NCBI GenBank assembly: GCA_027923505.1
Contig: BROI01000019.1
Coordinates: 248,001-312,000, forward strand
Length of the DNA: 64,000 bases
DNA from: Mayamaea pseudoterrestris
Lineage: Eukaryota
Direction of reading: 5' to 3'
The translations under genes were made by a program, and so were the position numbers. Positions 1 to 10,115 of the stretch are shown in pieces; the first letter of the stretch is position 1; each line of letters begins with the position of its first letter. The notes beneath the pieces were generated by a model that was given only the letters and a program-made list of their open reading frames with translations, was not told the DNA's origin and made no database searches.

Positions 1-2
1 CG

Positions 3-1739
3 CCCACGACGAGCACGGCAGCGTCCTTGACACCAGGATCAACGTATTCTCCTGCTGCTCCAACGCCCGCCAAGACTCCAACTCCAGTTCCAAACTTGGC
101 AGCGGCCATTGAAAGTACCTTGGAAGACTATTTAAAGTCGGGCGCCATTTCGCTTCCATCCATTGGACAGCTTGGATTGGATGCAACATACGCCAGCGAG
201 CATGAAAAGGAGGTGCAAGACTTTCGCAACTACTATCGACAGCAGTTGGAGCTTGTGCACTTGCAGGATGATTCGGACAAGCAGCAGCAAGGCAAGCTCG
301 AAACGACGCCGGAGGAGTTGGAAGGAGAAGTTGAAATGGAGCAGGAGGATTTTTCTGCAAACGCTCCAAACAACTTTTTGCAAAGCATTGAGAATGCACT
401 GGAAGCAAAGACTCCACAAAAGGCTGGCAAGATTGTTACTCCAGGCAAGGAAGAGGAGGAATCCATTACTGCTGTACAAGATGATGATGACGAAGAAGCT
501 GACTGCTTCACCCCCATTGACTTTTTGCAGCGAAACAATGACTCGGATTCCGATTCGGTCGTTTCCGGCTTGACCATTAACTCGGCCTTGACGAGAAAGA
601 TTATCGATGACTGCGAGCGCACCGTCATTACATTCTTTCACGAGGAGCAAGCCTTTGTTCGGCAGCAAATGGAAATGGACGAGCACATGAACGCATCCAG
701 CTCGTCGCACGTTGGCTCCATGAGCGAGGTTCAAAGCGTACAAATGCAGGCTGCCCTACAAGCGGAAAGCATGGCCAAGCAAATGAAGGAGATTTTGGAA
801 AAGTTTGAGCGAGACCAGGAGCAGGCGAGTGCGACGGATACTAGTGGCAGCGTTGCAACTTTGCACAAGAGTAAGGAGAGTCGGCCATATCCAACCAACA
901 ACGACAATGAGGACTGGGTTGTTTTATATGACTCGAACTTTGACCGCGAATATTACCACGAGCGTAACTCTGGTCGTACGCAGTGGGAGCCACCGTTGGA
1001 TGAGGACAGCATTGATTTGATCAGTGGTTCAGGCGAGGACGCCACTTCATCGGGTACGAGTCGTCAGCAGTCGGTCATGCTGGCCGACGCCGAGGTGGAA
1101 CCGCAAGTCAATGCAGCCAGTCGACCCGTTTCACGCATCGCCCTCTATCGCCGCAAGCGCCGTCGCCAGCGTCGGCGCCGCATATTGGCGGCGGGTGTAT
1201 TGATGGGTCTTTGTGCCGTTCTTGGCTCCGTTTGGGTTTATTACAATTCTGACTCAATGATTGCCAAGCGACTCAATATTTTGACGCAGAAGTATGTTCA
1301 GCCTCTGCTGGACAAGTACACGGGCAAAGAAAAGACGGCAGCCATGCTGGAAGAGTTGGCCCGAGAGGAAGCGGACCGCCTTCGCGTCGTCGCAGAGGAA
1401 GAAGAGCGTGTTGCCCGGGCCAAGGCGGAGGAGGAGCGTCGCTTACAGCTGGAACGTGAAGTAGCGGAACGCAAGGCGCGCGAGGAGGAAACCAAGCGTC
1501 TCAAGGCCGCTGCTGCTGCCGAGGAGCAACGACGCAAGAAGGAGCTTGCAGAGGCTGCGGCAGCCGAAAAGGCCAAGAAAGAGGCGGAGCTCTGGATTCA
1601 GCGTCAAGAGGAGGAGCTCAGACGCCCCGTGGGCTGCAACATTCCTTTGGCATACGCCTTTCATGGGAAGTGCCGTCGCTTGGCAAAGGCGAACCCAGTG
1701 TTTGACTTTCAAGGACTTGTAGAATCGATGCTTCAGTAA
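3..1739 (+). CDS. WW-domain membrane protein with coiled coil (5'-partial; frame is open to the window edge)
   Basis: WW motif DWVVLYDSNFDREYYHERNSGRTQWEPP; poly-Arg run followed by hydrophobic helix ILAAGVLMGLCAVLGSVWVYY; E/R/A/K coiled coil; C-terminal Cys pair. No stop upstream of 27 in this frame. Confidence 0.8.
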   Translation, partial: PTTSTAASLTPGSTYSPAAPTPAKTPTPVPNLAAAIESTLEDYLKSGAISLPSIGQLGLDATYASEHEKEVQDFRNYYRQQLELVHLQDDSDKQQQGKLETTPEELEGEVEMEQEDFSANAPNNFLQSIENALEAKTPQKAGKIVTPGKEEEESITAVQDDDDEEADCFTPIDFLQRNNDSDSDSVVSGLTINSALTRKIIDDCERTVITFFHEEQAFVRQQMEMDEHMNASSSSHVGSMSEVQSVQMQAALQAESMAKQMKEILEKFERDQEQASATDTSGSVATLHKSKESRPYPTNNDNEDWVVLYDSNFDREYYHERNSGRTQWEPPLDEDSIDLISGSGEDATSSGTSRQQSVMLADAEVEPQVNAASRPVSRIALYRRKRRRQRRRRILAAGVLMGLCAVLGSVWVYYNSDSMIAKRLNILTQKYVQPLLDKYTGKEKTAAMLEELAREEADRLRVVAEEEERVARAKAEEERRLQLEREVAERKAREEETKRLKAAAAAEEQRRKKELAEAAAAEKAKKEAELWIQRQEEELRRPVGCNIPLAYAFHGKCRRLAKANPVFDFQGLVESMLQ

Positions 1740-2060
1740 CTCCTCGGTTTCGCTTACTACCAAATCCCACGAACAGAGCAAAAGCTCGTGCAAAACGAGT
1801 AAACGAATCAGACTGCTAGCAATCAAAGCGCTACCGGTACCACAATGGATCAGCGGAATTATTATATCGTCGACTTTTGCATACCTGCGACGATTATCTG
1901 TGTGTGGAAAAGGCTAATAACATACAAAGTACAGTTAAAATCAAATATAAATAATGATGAGAGTTTCATTTGCTCCGTGCGGTCTCATACTGAATGCGTG
2001 CGGTTCCCAGTTTTATGCAACCTCTTACTTCTTTATATCGAGCCCTTCACTTTAAAGAAT

Positions 2061-3122
2061 CTAATAGGTGAGCTCAACCTTTGAAACGCGGAAAGAACCA
2101 CGAATAGAAATAAAAGGTGTTGCAATCAGCAGGCATGGGGTCCAGTTATCAATGCGCTTGGCCCGCTTGTCGTAGGCCACTCCAGCGGTGTATGCCACAA
2201 GGCTACCATCAACATACCACTTCCGACCAAACTCTTCACAACGAATAACAGAGCCCTGATAAATTGATTGAACGGGTATGTGAAAAGCTTTCGTGTAATG
2301 CGAGTCTGGCCTTTTATAGACCACGCTAAGTTTCGAACTGTCCAAACCGATTGAGTTTTTGACAAAGCCAACTCCTTGGCCTTCTTTCTTGTGACAAAAG
2401 TGGCCTCTCGCTTTGTAGGAAGCCCAGCCTACTGATGCGTAATCAAAATTTTCGAGAATGATTTCATAGGATTTGATGCGACGCTCGTGGCCGCAGCGCT
2501 CTTGCGTTAAAGTAAATGTTGCAAATTTCTCTGGGCTATGGACAGAATTGTACGACATACTACTAGCCACAACCTCTCCAATGTCACCCAATTTATCGAT
2601 ATAACAGACATGGTTTGGATAAAGACTGGACGTCATCTGATAGTACTCCACCATTCGATAGAAGCGATCGGTCATAGATTCTGAGTTGTCTCCCGCAAAT
2701 GCTGGTGGCGAGGCAACTACCAGAGAAAGCGGTGTTTCGCATTCTTTATCAAGCAAATAGTCAATCATTGGCTTCCAGAGTTCGTAGGGTTGATTGATAA
2801 AGAAATTGCCTTCATTATCCTTTGGCAAACTCTCATCCCACCGACCACTAAACTGAGCCGCAAGCAACGACCCCTCTACCGACGTTAACGTTCGACGAAG
2901 TATCTGCATTTTGGTCCCCATCACATTCAAACAAAGAACATCGCTAGAGTCTCCAAGTGGAGGGCGCTCAAACGTTAGGACTCTCTCCCTCTCATCATCA
3001 AGCATTCGCTCACGTTCATCGAGCTCTTTCTCCCGCAAGCACAAGCGTTCCACATATTTTTGATGACTTGCGTTACCATTATCGTCTTCCACAACCGCAA
3101 TCTTAAAGTCTGATTCTCCCAT
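2061..3122 (-). CDS. BTB/POZ (KCTD/T1-type) domain protein
   Basis: LNVMGTKMQILRRTLTSVEGSLLAAQFSGRWD...GNFFINQPYELWKPMIDYL is a KCTD-like BTB signature, preceded by a coiled coil. Likely start is the ATG at 3122 (MGESDF). Confidence 0.8.
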   Translation of the reverse strand: MGESDFKIAVVEDDNGNASHQKYVERLCLREKELDERERMLDDERERVLTFERPPLGDSSDVLCLNVMGTKMQILRRTLTSVEGSLLAAQFSGRWDESLPKDNEGNFFINQPYELWKPMIDYLLDKECETPLSLVVASPPAFAGDNSESMTDRFYRMVEYYQMTSSLYPNHVCYIDKLGDIGEVVASSMSYNSVHSPEKFATFTLTQERCGHERRIKSYEIILENFDYASVGWASYKARGHFCHKKEGQGVGFVKNSIGLDSSKLSVVYKRPDSHYTKAFHIPVQSIYQGSVIRCEEFGRKWYVDGSLVAYTAGVAYDKRAKRIDNWTPCLLIATPFISIRGSFRVSKVELTY

Positions 3123-3665
3123 AATTTTGATGAGTTTGGTAGTTAGCAGAATAAGTGTATGAGCCTGCCGAGAAAGATCATCGTGGACGGGGTGATGGTG
3201 AACATGAAAGCGTGTTGCGAGCGCAGCTGAAGCAGCCACATAAAGCGCGAGTGAATATTGCACCGTGGGACCGGGGTCTGACCTGGCTGCGTGGCAGATC
3301 CAATGTAACTAGCGCTGCACCTGGATTGTTAGCACTAATTCTCAGTTGAACAAAGAATAAGTGCAGCTGTGGGAATAGCACAGATGGGAACCCACCGAAT
3401 GGGGGCTGCTGAAACATGAACTCATAATAATATGTGCTTGAAACAAACTGGGAGCCACAGAGGGTGATTACCTTGGTGCTGCACTGCGAACGAGACTGGG
3501 TCCTGCACAAGGCAACTCACTGGATTTGTCGCTTATATCACTCGATGGCATACTTGATGGCATGCTGCTGGGATAAGTGCTGGAAGACAAACTGGGAGCC
3601 ACAGAGGGTGATAAGCTTGGTGCAACACTGGGAAGGAGTCTAGTCCTGCGCCAAGTTGTGACCTG

Positions 3666-4132
3666 GGACATCCGAAATTTGAAAGTAACCTGGATGTTAA
3701 CAGCTCATGGTGCGACATTTCCGATTATCAACGCGTCTGTCCGCAACGCATGTCAATGGCGCGTCCGGCGCGAAGAGTTGCACCCGCGCCGGCAAGCATC
3801 CACATTCGCCAATGAAATTGGCGATCGTCTTAAGATGCGTCTTAAGACGCGTCTTAAGACCCGTCTTAAATTAAGACCCGTCTTAAAATATATACAGAGA
3901 CGAAGATAAGTTTATCTTCGAGAAACGTCTTAAGACGCGTCTCAATTCCAGACGCGTCTTAAACGATCTTAAGGCTAAATATTTCGCATTCTGCGAAGCA
4001 CGAGTCAGAGTTCCCACGCCAGCCGATCCATTGTTGGCACGCGCGGGTCCTTATCCGTTGACACTGGGAATCGATCGCCAAAATTAGCGCGCCAACCTGA
4101 GAACCGATACGATTGCCTGTTTTCACATGTCC
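3666..4132. mobile_element. Non-autonomous DNA transposon (MITE), PIF/Harbinger-like
   Basis: Terminal inverted repeats GGACATCCGAAA (3666-3677) and TTTCACATGTCC (4121-4132) match at 10/12. CTG is duplicated on both sides (3663-3665, 4133-4135). Removing the element restores the host repeat unit. No credible coding sequence inside. Confidence 0.75.
3826..3972. repeat. Tandem array of the palindromic 12-mer CGTCTTAAGACG inside the MITE
   Basis: Full or near-full units at 3826, 3838, 3850 and 3926; partial units at 3862, 3879, 3938 and 3955; a hairpin at 3901-3920 separates the two blocks. Confidence 0.9.
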
Positions 4133-5708
4133 CTGGCTTGTCGCTTGAATCACTTCTTGATGGCAAACTTGATGGTAAGCTGCCAGGATGAGTGCTGGGA
4201 GACAAACTGGGAGCCACAGAAGGGGACAAGCTTGGTACTGCACTAGGAAGGATACTACTAGGCCCTGCGCTAGGTGAGGCATTGGGCTTGGCGCTTGGTG
4301 TTGCACTGGGAAGAAGAGTGGGTCCTATGCTAGATGTCTCACTGGGCTTGGCACTTGGTCACTTGATGGCACACTTGATGGCATACTGCAGGGATGAGTG
4401 CTGGGAGACCAATCGGGAGCCACAGAGGGGGGCAGCTTGGTGCTGCTCTGGGAAGAAGAGTGTGTCCTGCGCTAGCGCACTGGGTTTTGTGCTTGGGTCA
4501 CAAACTTGATTTAATGCTGCTGGGATGAGTGCTGAGAGACAAACTGGGAGCCACAGAGAATGACAAGCTTGGTGCTGCACGGGAAGGAGACTGGGACTTG
4601 TGCAAGGCAACTCATTGCACTTGTTGCTTGAATATGTCAAGCAGCTGGAGTGAGTGCTCGGAAACAAGTTAAGAGTAACTGGGAGAGGACATGCTTGCAG
4701 CGCTAGGTGACACACTGGGTTTGGCGCTTGGGTCACTTGATGGCATGCTGCTGAGATGAGAGTGCTGGGCGACATAAAGGAGTTTGCAGGGTGAAACATT
4801 GGTGCTGTACTGGGTAGGAGACTGGGTTTGCGCAAGGCAACTCACTAGACTTGTTGTTTGAATCACTTGAATCACTTGATGGCAAGCAGCTGGGGTGAGT
4901 GGTTGGAGACATACTAGGAGCCAAAGAGGGTAAGGAGCTTGGTACTGCACTGGGACATTTGATGGCACGCTGTTGGGGTGAGTAAGTGCTGGGAGACAAC
5001 TGAGAGCCACAGAGTGACAAGCCTGGCGCTGCACTGGGAAGGAGATTGGGCTTTGCGTTTGATGACACAATGGGCTTGGTGCTGGAATGACTTGATGACA
5101 CACTTGATGAAAAGCTACTTGGTTGAGTGCTGGGAGACAGGACATACAGGGAACCACAGAGGATGACAAGCTTGGTGACAAGAAGTTGTAACATACTTGA
5201 TGCATTATGAAGAAGGCACAACTTTAAGGGCATGCCCTTGAGCTGCCTCATTCAGCATTTTTTGTGCTTACAAGGCTAATTGTTTGTGCTTACTTGCAAG
5301 AATGCTTAAACATGCCTGCAAGTCCATGCCCAGTGAAAGTGTAGCTCTGGTCATGCTACGATACCAGTAGATGCTCGTGTGGGTCTGCTTTGTGCGCAAG
5401 TAGCGCTAAGACACGACCGTTAAAGAGTCGTTACACGTCTGGGGGCAACGGAAATGAGCACGGGTGATTTCTACAGCGTGAGTACTGAAAACGTGTTCCG
5501 CGCGCCGGCAATTTCACTTTGCGCCAAGGGAAGGGACCGTTCTGACTCTGATCGAGTCAGACCGAACTGGTCACACTAAGACATTTGCTCGACTTTTGAC
5601 CACCATCATCCCATCATATTCTCCTTGCACGACCATAAAGTTCATAGCTGCTCACCGTTTAGCTAGTTTATTCTTTGGAATTTTGGACGAGGAGCTAAAC
5701 GTAAAAAC

Positions 5709-6341
5709 ATGCCAAGCGATAATGTGGTAGATGATTATGACAATCCTCCTCGGCGCGCCACCAAGAAGGAGGAAACGGATGCCGACGACCCTTGGGACAC
5801 TCTCTGCATTGACCCACATGCTTCCTACTTGGAGCAGGGTCGAATGGAAGGCAGCCAAGCTGGTCGCGACAGTGGTTATCAGGCAGGCTACGACATGGGC
5901 CGAGTCACGGCGGTTGACGTTGGATTGGAGCTTGGTTTCATACAAGGCATTGTTTCGAGTTTGACTGCTGGCAATGGCGACGCATCATCATCATCTTCTT
6001 CTTCGACTACAATGAGTCAACGAGCAGAAAGAACAATACGAGAGCTGCAAGACCTTATAAGTGATTTCCCAACTGTTGATCAAGTTTTTCGAGAGCAGGA
6101 ACGCGAGCGACAACGAGAGTTGGCCGACGAGGAGGTCGACGACTCGGAGCGACCCAGCGACTCGCGCAGTGTCCGAGTCGAGATTCAACGAATTCGAGCC
6201 AAGTTCAAGCTATTAACAGTTCAGCTTGGATGTCCTCATTTGTCGTTAAAGCAAGTCATGGATGATGCAGCGGACACGCTGGAAGTCCACACTGCGGATG
6301 GAGATGGAGAGGGAAACAACAATCAGACCTCTGAATGGTAA
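5709..6341 (+). CDS. LTO1: LTO1/ORAOV1-like protein (Yae1_N domain; Fe-S maturation adaptor for ABCE1/Rli1)
   Basis: GxxxG repeat YLEQGRMEGSQAGRDSGYQAGYDMG...GLELGFIQG and C-terminal IQRIRAKFKLL. Confidence 0.7.
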   Translation: MPSDNVVDDYDNPPRRATKKEETDADDPWDTLCIDPHASYLEQGRMEGSQAGRDSGYQAGYDMGRVTAVDVGLELGFIQGIVSSLTAGNGDASSSSSSSTTMSQRAERTIRELQDLISDFPTVDQVFREQERERQRELADEEVDDSERPSDSRSVRVEIQRIRAKFKLLTVQLGCPHLSLKQVMDDAADTLEVHTADGDGEGNNNQTSEW

Positions 6342-6410
6342 AACAATGCTTTTAACAAGTAAAATATACAACACGTATAAGATCTAAATACGTGCGAAAG
6401 TACTGCACTG

Positions 6411-7700
6411 TCATCTCTCTTCGTCAACGTCATCGTTGCTGTCGTCGTCTTTTCCGTCCTGCTCTGCATCTGAACTCTGGATATTCGACAATTGCTGCTG
6501 CTGCTGCTGCTCCAACAGTCCAATCCACATGACACGAGCCTTGACGTCATAGGTTTGATCGGCATCAATACAGACTCCGCTGCCAGTAAACTTTGGCAAC
6601 CGCCGACTCATCCAGGCGACGCGAGCATGCTGCGGCAAGGCAGCTTTGAGGCGTTGGTTGAGTTGCCGCTCAAAGTCATGGACAAAACGCTGGGAATCGG
6701 ATACCAGTACCACGGGAGGTTTCGACAAGAGTCGCGCTTCGACGCATCGTTGAATGACTTGCTCCGCCAGCTGATCATTGTACAAGACGTCAGCTACAAT
6801 CATTACATCACATTCAGGCAGTGGATGGTGCTTGTGATTGTACAAGTCCAATACTTGCGTCGATATTATTGATTGCAAGTTAGCCTGCGTGGCGCCATAC
6901 TCGAGTAGCTGCAGGGTCGTTGGATGAACGTCCGTCGCAATCACTTTCGTGGCGCCAAGCATGGCGGCCGCTTGGGCTTCCACGCCAACGCCGGCGCCAA
7001 GGACGAGCACCGTCCTGTTGCGAACGGACAAGAGTTCGTGTTGCTGAAGCAGCAGTTCCTGAACGGCAACGACGCTTCCCGGCCATGTGACTAGACCAAA
7101 TGGATCAAGCATTTGTTGCTGTTGCTGTTGCTGTTGTCTATTGCTACTTCTCGTCTTGTTTTGATTCGCTCGCGCCGCTTTGCCATGGTGCGTCTTGGTC
7201 AATGCCAATCCTTGCTGCTGGACTTGCCAGTAGGTTTCCACGACGGCTGCTGGCTTTTCCCACTCCCAGACGGTCACTGAAAAGTCGCTCGATACGTTGA
7301 CGTCGCGCGAGCGAATGCGGGCCTGCTTGGGGCTTTGGTGCGGCGATTCGACGGAAATGGTGCGTGAGATGCGAGGAGGCTGCTCCTGTATTATTGATGA
7401 TTCGTCTTGTATGCCATTATCTTCTTCACCATTGCTCTGAGTATATTCATTATCGTCCATAGGCGAAGGTTCAGCCATGGACACGGCGGCATCTTTTCTT
7501 GGTAAGTCAAGAAAGTTTGCTTTGGTGCGATGAGTATTGGCTCCATGACAGATGTTTCGTTGTCGTTTGATGATATTTATCGGTCGTCGCTTGTAATGCA
7601 TAATATTCCAAGTCCAAGCATTCAGACAATATGGACAATACGAGAGCCAGAGAGCATAAAATAGCCGTATTCGACGCGTGGCTGAAGAGGAGAGCGCCAT
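6411..7700 (-). CDS. Seven-beta-strand protein lysine methyltransferase (Methyltransf_16/METTL21-like), possibly plastid-targeted
   Basis: DPFGLVTWPGS, motif I VLVLGAGVG, ATD and ADVLY. N-terminal signal-like segment ending CLNA|W. Confidence 0.8.
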   Translation of the reverse strand: MALSSSATRRIRLFYALWLSYCPYCLNAWTWNIMHYKRRPINIIKRQRNICHGANTHRTKANFLDLPRKDAAVSMAEPSPMDDNEYTQSNGEEDNGIQDESSIIQEQPPRISRTISVESPHQSPKQARIRSRDVNVSSDFSVTVWEWEKPAAVVETYWQVQQQGLALTKTHHGKAARANQNKTRSSNRQQQQQQQQMLDPFGLVTWPGSVVAVQELLLQQHELLSVRNRTVLVLGAGVGVEAQAAAMLGATKVIATDVHPTTLQLLEYGATQANLQSIISTQVLDLYNHKHHPLPECDVMIVADVLYNDQLAEQVIQRCVEARLLSKPPVVLVSDSQRFVHDFERQLNQRLKAALPQHARVAWMSRRLPKFTGSGVCIDADQTYDVKARVMWIGLLEQQQQQQLSNIQSSDAEQDGKDDDSNDDVDEER

Positions 7701-7881
7701 GGTTGGAAGGATGAAACATCATCGCACGGATGTGATCGTCGTTGCTTTTGATTCTGCCGTCGCACCGAGTACCGTAAAAAGTCGTTCCGGTAATGGCAAC
7801 GAAACGCGAAATTCTCCTCGACGCGACCACAAACCGTACCAAAGAGCGAGATGTGAGCCTGCGCTCGTCCATGAGTAATCT

Positions 7882-9831
7882 ATGAAGCCACTACACTCCA
7901 AACGGGCCTTGCTGTTTCATCAAACAATCCTACTTGGAATTGCGGTGCAAATCTTCCTTTTTGCAGCCGCTTCCTGGTACAGCTTGTCAGCGTCGTCCCA
8001 TGATGGCAGCAACGAACAACCGACGCATCTCCTCATGGAACGATTTCTTCGCAAACCATTAAACATGGAGCAGCAAATAGATGAAGCTTCCATGGGAACC
8101 AATCATACACTCAGCAATTTTGTCCATGCCGTCTCTCCACTCGCTGGATTGATTCGAAGCTACCCAAACTCGATGCATCACGACCCCTATCAAAAGCGAC
8201 GCTGTCTAGCCTTTACGGCCGTACCCAAGGAAGTCAGCAAGCTATTTGACGCTATTGAAAAGGATTTACTGAGTGATCAGCGTCTATCCAGCATTCTTGA
8301 CTGCATTCACGTGACAATTCCCGATCGATCCATGCGATACAGCACCAATGTCTACCCGTCGACGCGTCAGTTGCAGCAATTGGCGGGCAAAGATCCGCGC
8401 ATTATCATTACGCGGACATCCTTTGACTATGGACCAATGACGCGATATCTTGGTCCATTGCATTACGAAAAGAATGACTTCTCTACAATGATACTGTTTG
8501 ACGTTGACACCGACTTGTCGCAACTGTTGCATAGACCGCATCACGACTTGGCGCTGCTATATTTGGCCGCCGAGTCCATTGACAGGCGAGCCATGTGGTG
8601 CTGGCAGGGTGAAAACTTTGTCATTGACAATGAAAACGTTGTGCATCCAGCCTGGGATACCTTTGCGTTGCATCAAGTGACTAGACTTGCTGATAACGAG
8701 CATGCTGCTGCAAGTGTTGGTAACATAAAAGACGACGCATCAATCAACAGCAACAATAACGCGACAGCTTCTTCCTTGGCATACAATGAATGCCATTTTT
8801 GTCGTGGCGTTGGTGGCTTGGTGTTCAAGCCGCTGCATTTCAGAGACTTTTGGTGGAACCAATCCGACTACCACGAATCTTGCTTTTGGGACGATGATCG
8901 GTGGGTTTCCTATCAAATGGAGCGCCAACACGTTCCGTTGAAAGTGTTGCACTATAACGCCACAAAGCAAATGCAATTGGCGATGAGCAGTAATGTTAAT
9001 AATAGCTAACATTTTCACAAAGAGTGGTTTGATGTGACAAGGCATGGAATTGTCCGCAATTCCATTCCAAGCGAAATAGCTGCTCGCCAAGTCCCAGTCG
9101 AATCATCGGAGGAGCGTCAGCGCAAAATGGAGGAGGCAATTTTGCTCGAAAATCGCAAGCAGGGTAATGGTCGCCAGCGGCTGCAGGGACGGCAGAAACT
9201 ATTGCACTTGCGTAACCGGGAGCGATTGCGTCAAGTCCAAATGGCAGCGCAACAAGCTATGCTGAAAGAGGAGCAGGCAAAGCACGATGCTATTCTGGCA
9301 GGCGATGCGAATATGGATATTGCAGCAGCCGCGGATGACAATGACGTACGATGGGAAGAAGCAAAGGACAACAGTAAATCCAGTGTTGACGATCATGCGC
9401 ACAATGAGATGAGAGTAGTTGCAACTGGCAATTCACGCAAGGGTGATGGCATTTCTGACGGGCACGACAAAGATGAGAAAGGTGAACCATCTGGCGATAC
9501 GGCATTCACAGTCAGTCAAGTCGATGATGGCGCGGAGCAAATGCATCGTCGACTTGGTAGTCTCACGCAAATTACCAATAGCTTACTTTCTGATCAAACA
9601 TGTCCTCTTGCGTGGCTGTCAAATCATCCTGAAGCATATCCGTCTGCAAGAATCAATCGAAAGGATCCAAAACACATTCCACCGCCGCCGGAAGACTTGG
9701 CGCTTTTGCGGGTCAAGTTGAAACGTCATGGTCGACTCGTCACGCATGAGAACAACGGTGGCGCTGGAAGCAAGCGGATTGCAAGTTTACTGCGTGAACG
9801 TGCTGCGATACAGGGAGGGCCTCGTGAATGA
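7882..9831 (+). CDS. Glycosyltransferase-like type II membrane protein interrupted by one in-frame TAA (9007-9009)
   Basis: N-terminal TM helix; motifs DYGPMTRYLG, FDVD and WDDDRWVSY. ORFs 7882..9009 and 9034..9831 share one frame and are separated only by that TAA. Confidence 0.55.
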
Positions 9832-10115
9832 CGCTCTTCTTTAGATGCAAAGTGATACTGAAGCCAGGCAGGCAATAGATCTATTTATAACCATATCTAT
9901 TCATCATACTCGCTGGTCTATTGTTACCAGTCCAACGGGTGAGCTATTCAGTCGAATGAGGCTTCTTGTCGGCGGCATAGTTTTTCTCGTCATGTAGGAA
10001 GTGTGATCTTTTAGGGCTCGGGTTAACAGTCTGACCGTCGCACGGACGGAATCCGGCCGGAGAATCTTTTCGTCGTCGCACAAACGCCTTCCATCGCTTG
10101 CTTCGCCTCTCCACC

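Larger units (their letters stand above)
3380..5200 (-). pseudogene. Degenerate Pro/Ser-rich (mucin-like PSxxPS) repeat coding sequence, broken by frameshifts, stops and a MITE
   Basis: Anchor CAAACTGGGAGCCACAGAG or a variant recurs near 3445, 3588, 4203, 4410, 4540, 4911, 4997 and 5148. Minus-strand fragments read PSVAPSLSPS and PSSMPSSMPSSD in shifting frames. Confidence 0.7.

Noticed and set aside
3123..3263. N-terminal extension of the BTB ORF, and similar extensions on YbaK, bromodomain, PET100, eIF5B and PEPC
   Set aside because: These are upstream in-frame extensions, mostly from non-ATG starts in the ORF track; recognisable protein begins at downstream ATGs.
3577..3909. ORF containing RLKMRLKTRLKTRLK
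   Set aside because: A by-product of translating the 12-bp tandem repeat; it crosses the MITE boundary.
3826..3972. Palindromic repeat array as a CRISPR array
   Set aside because: Units are 12 bp and directly abutting with no unique spacers, there are no cas genes, and the context is eukaryotic.
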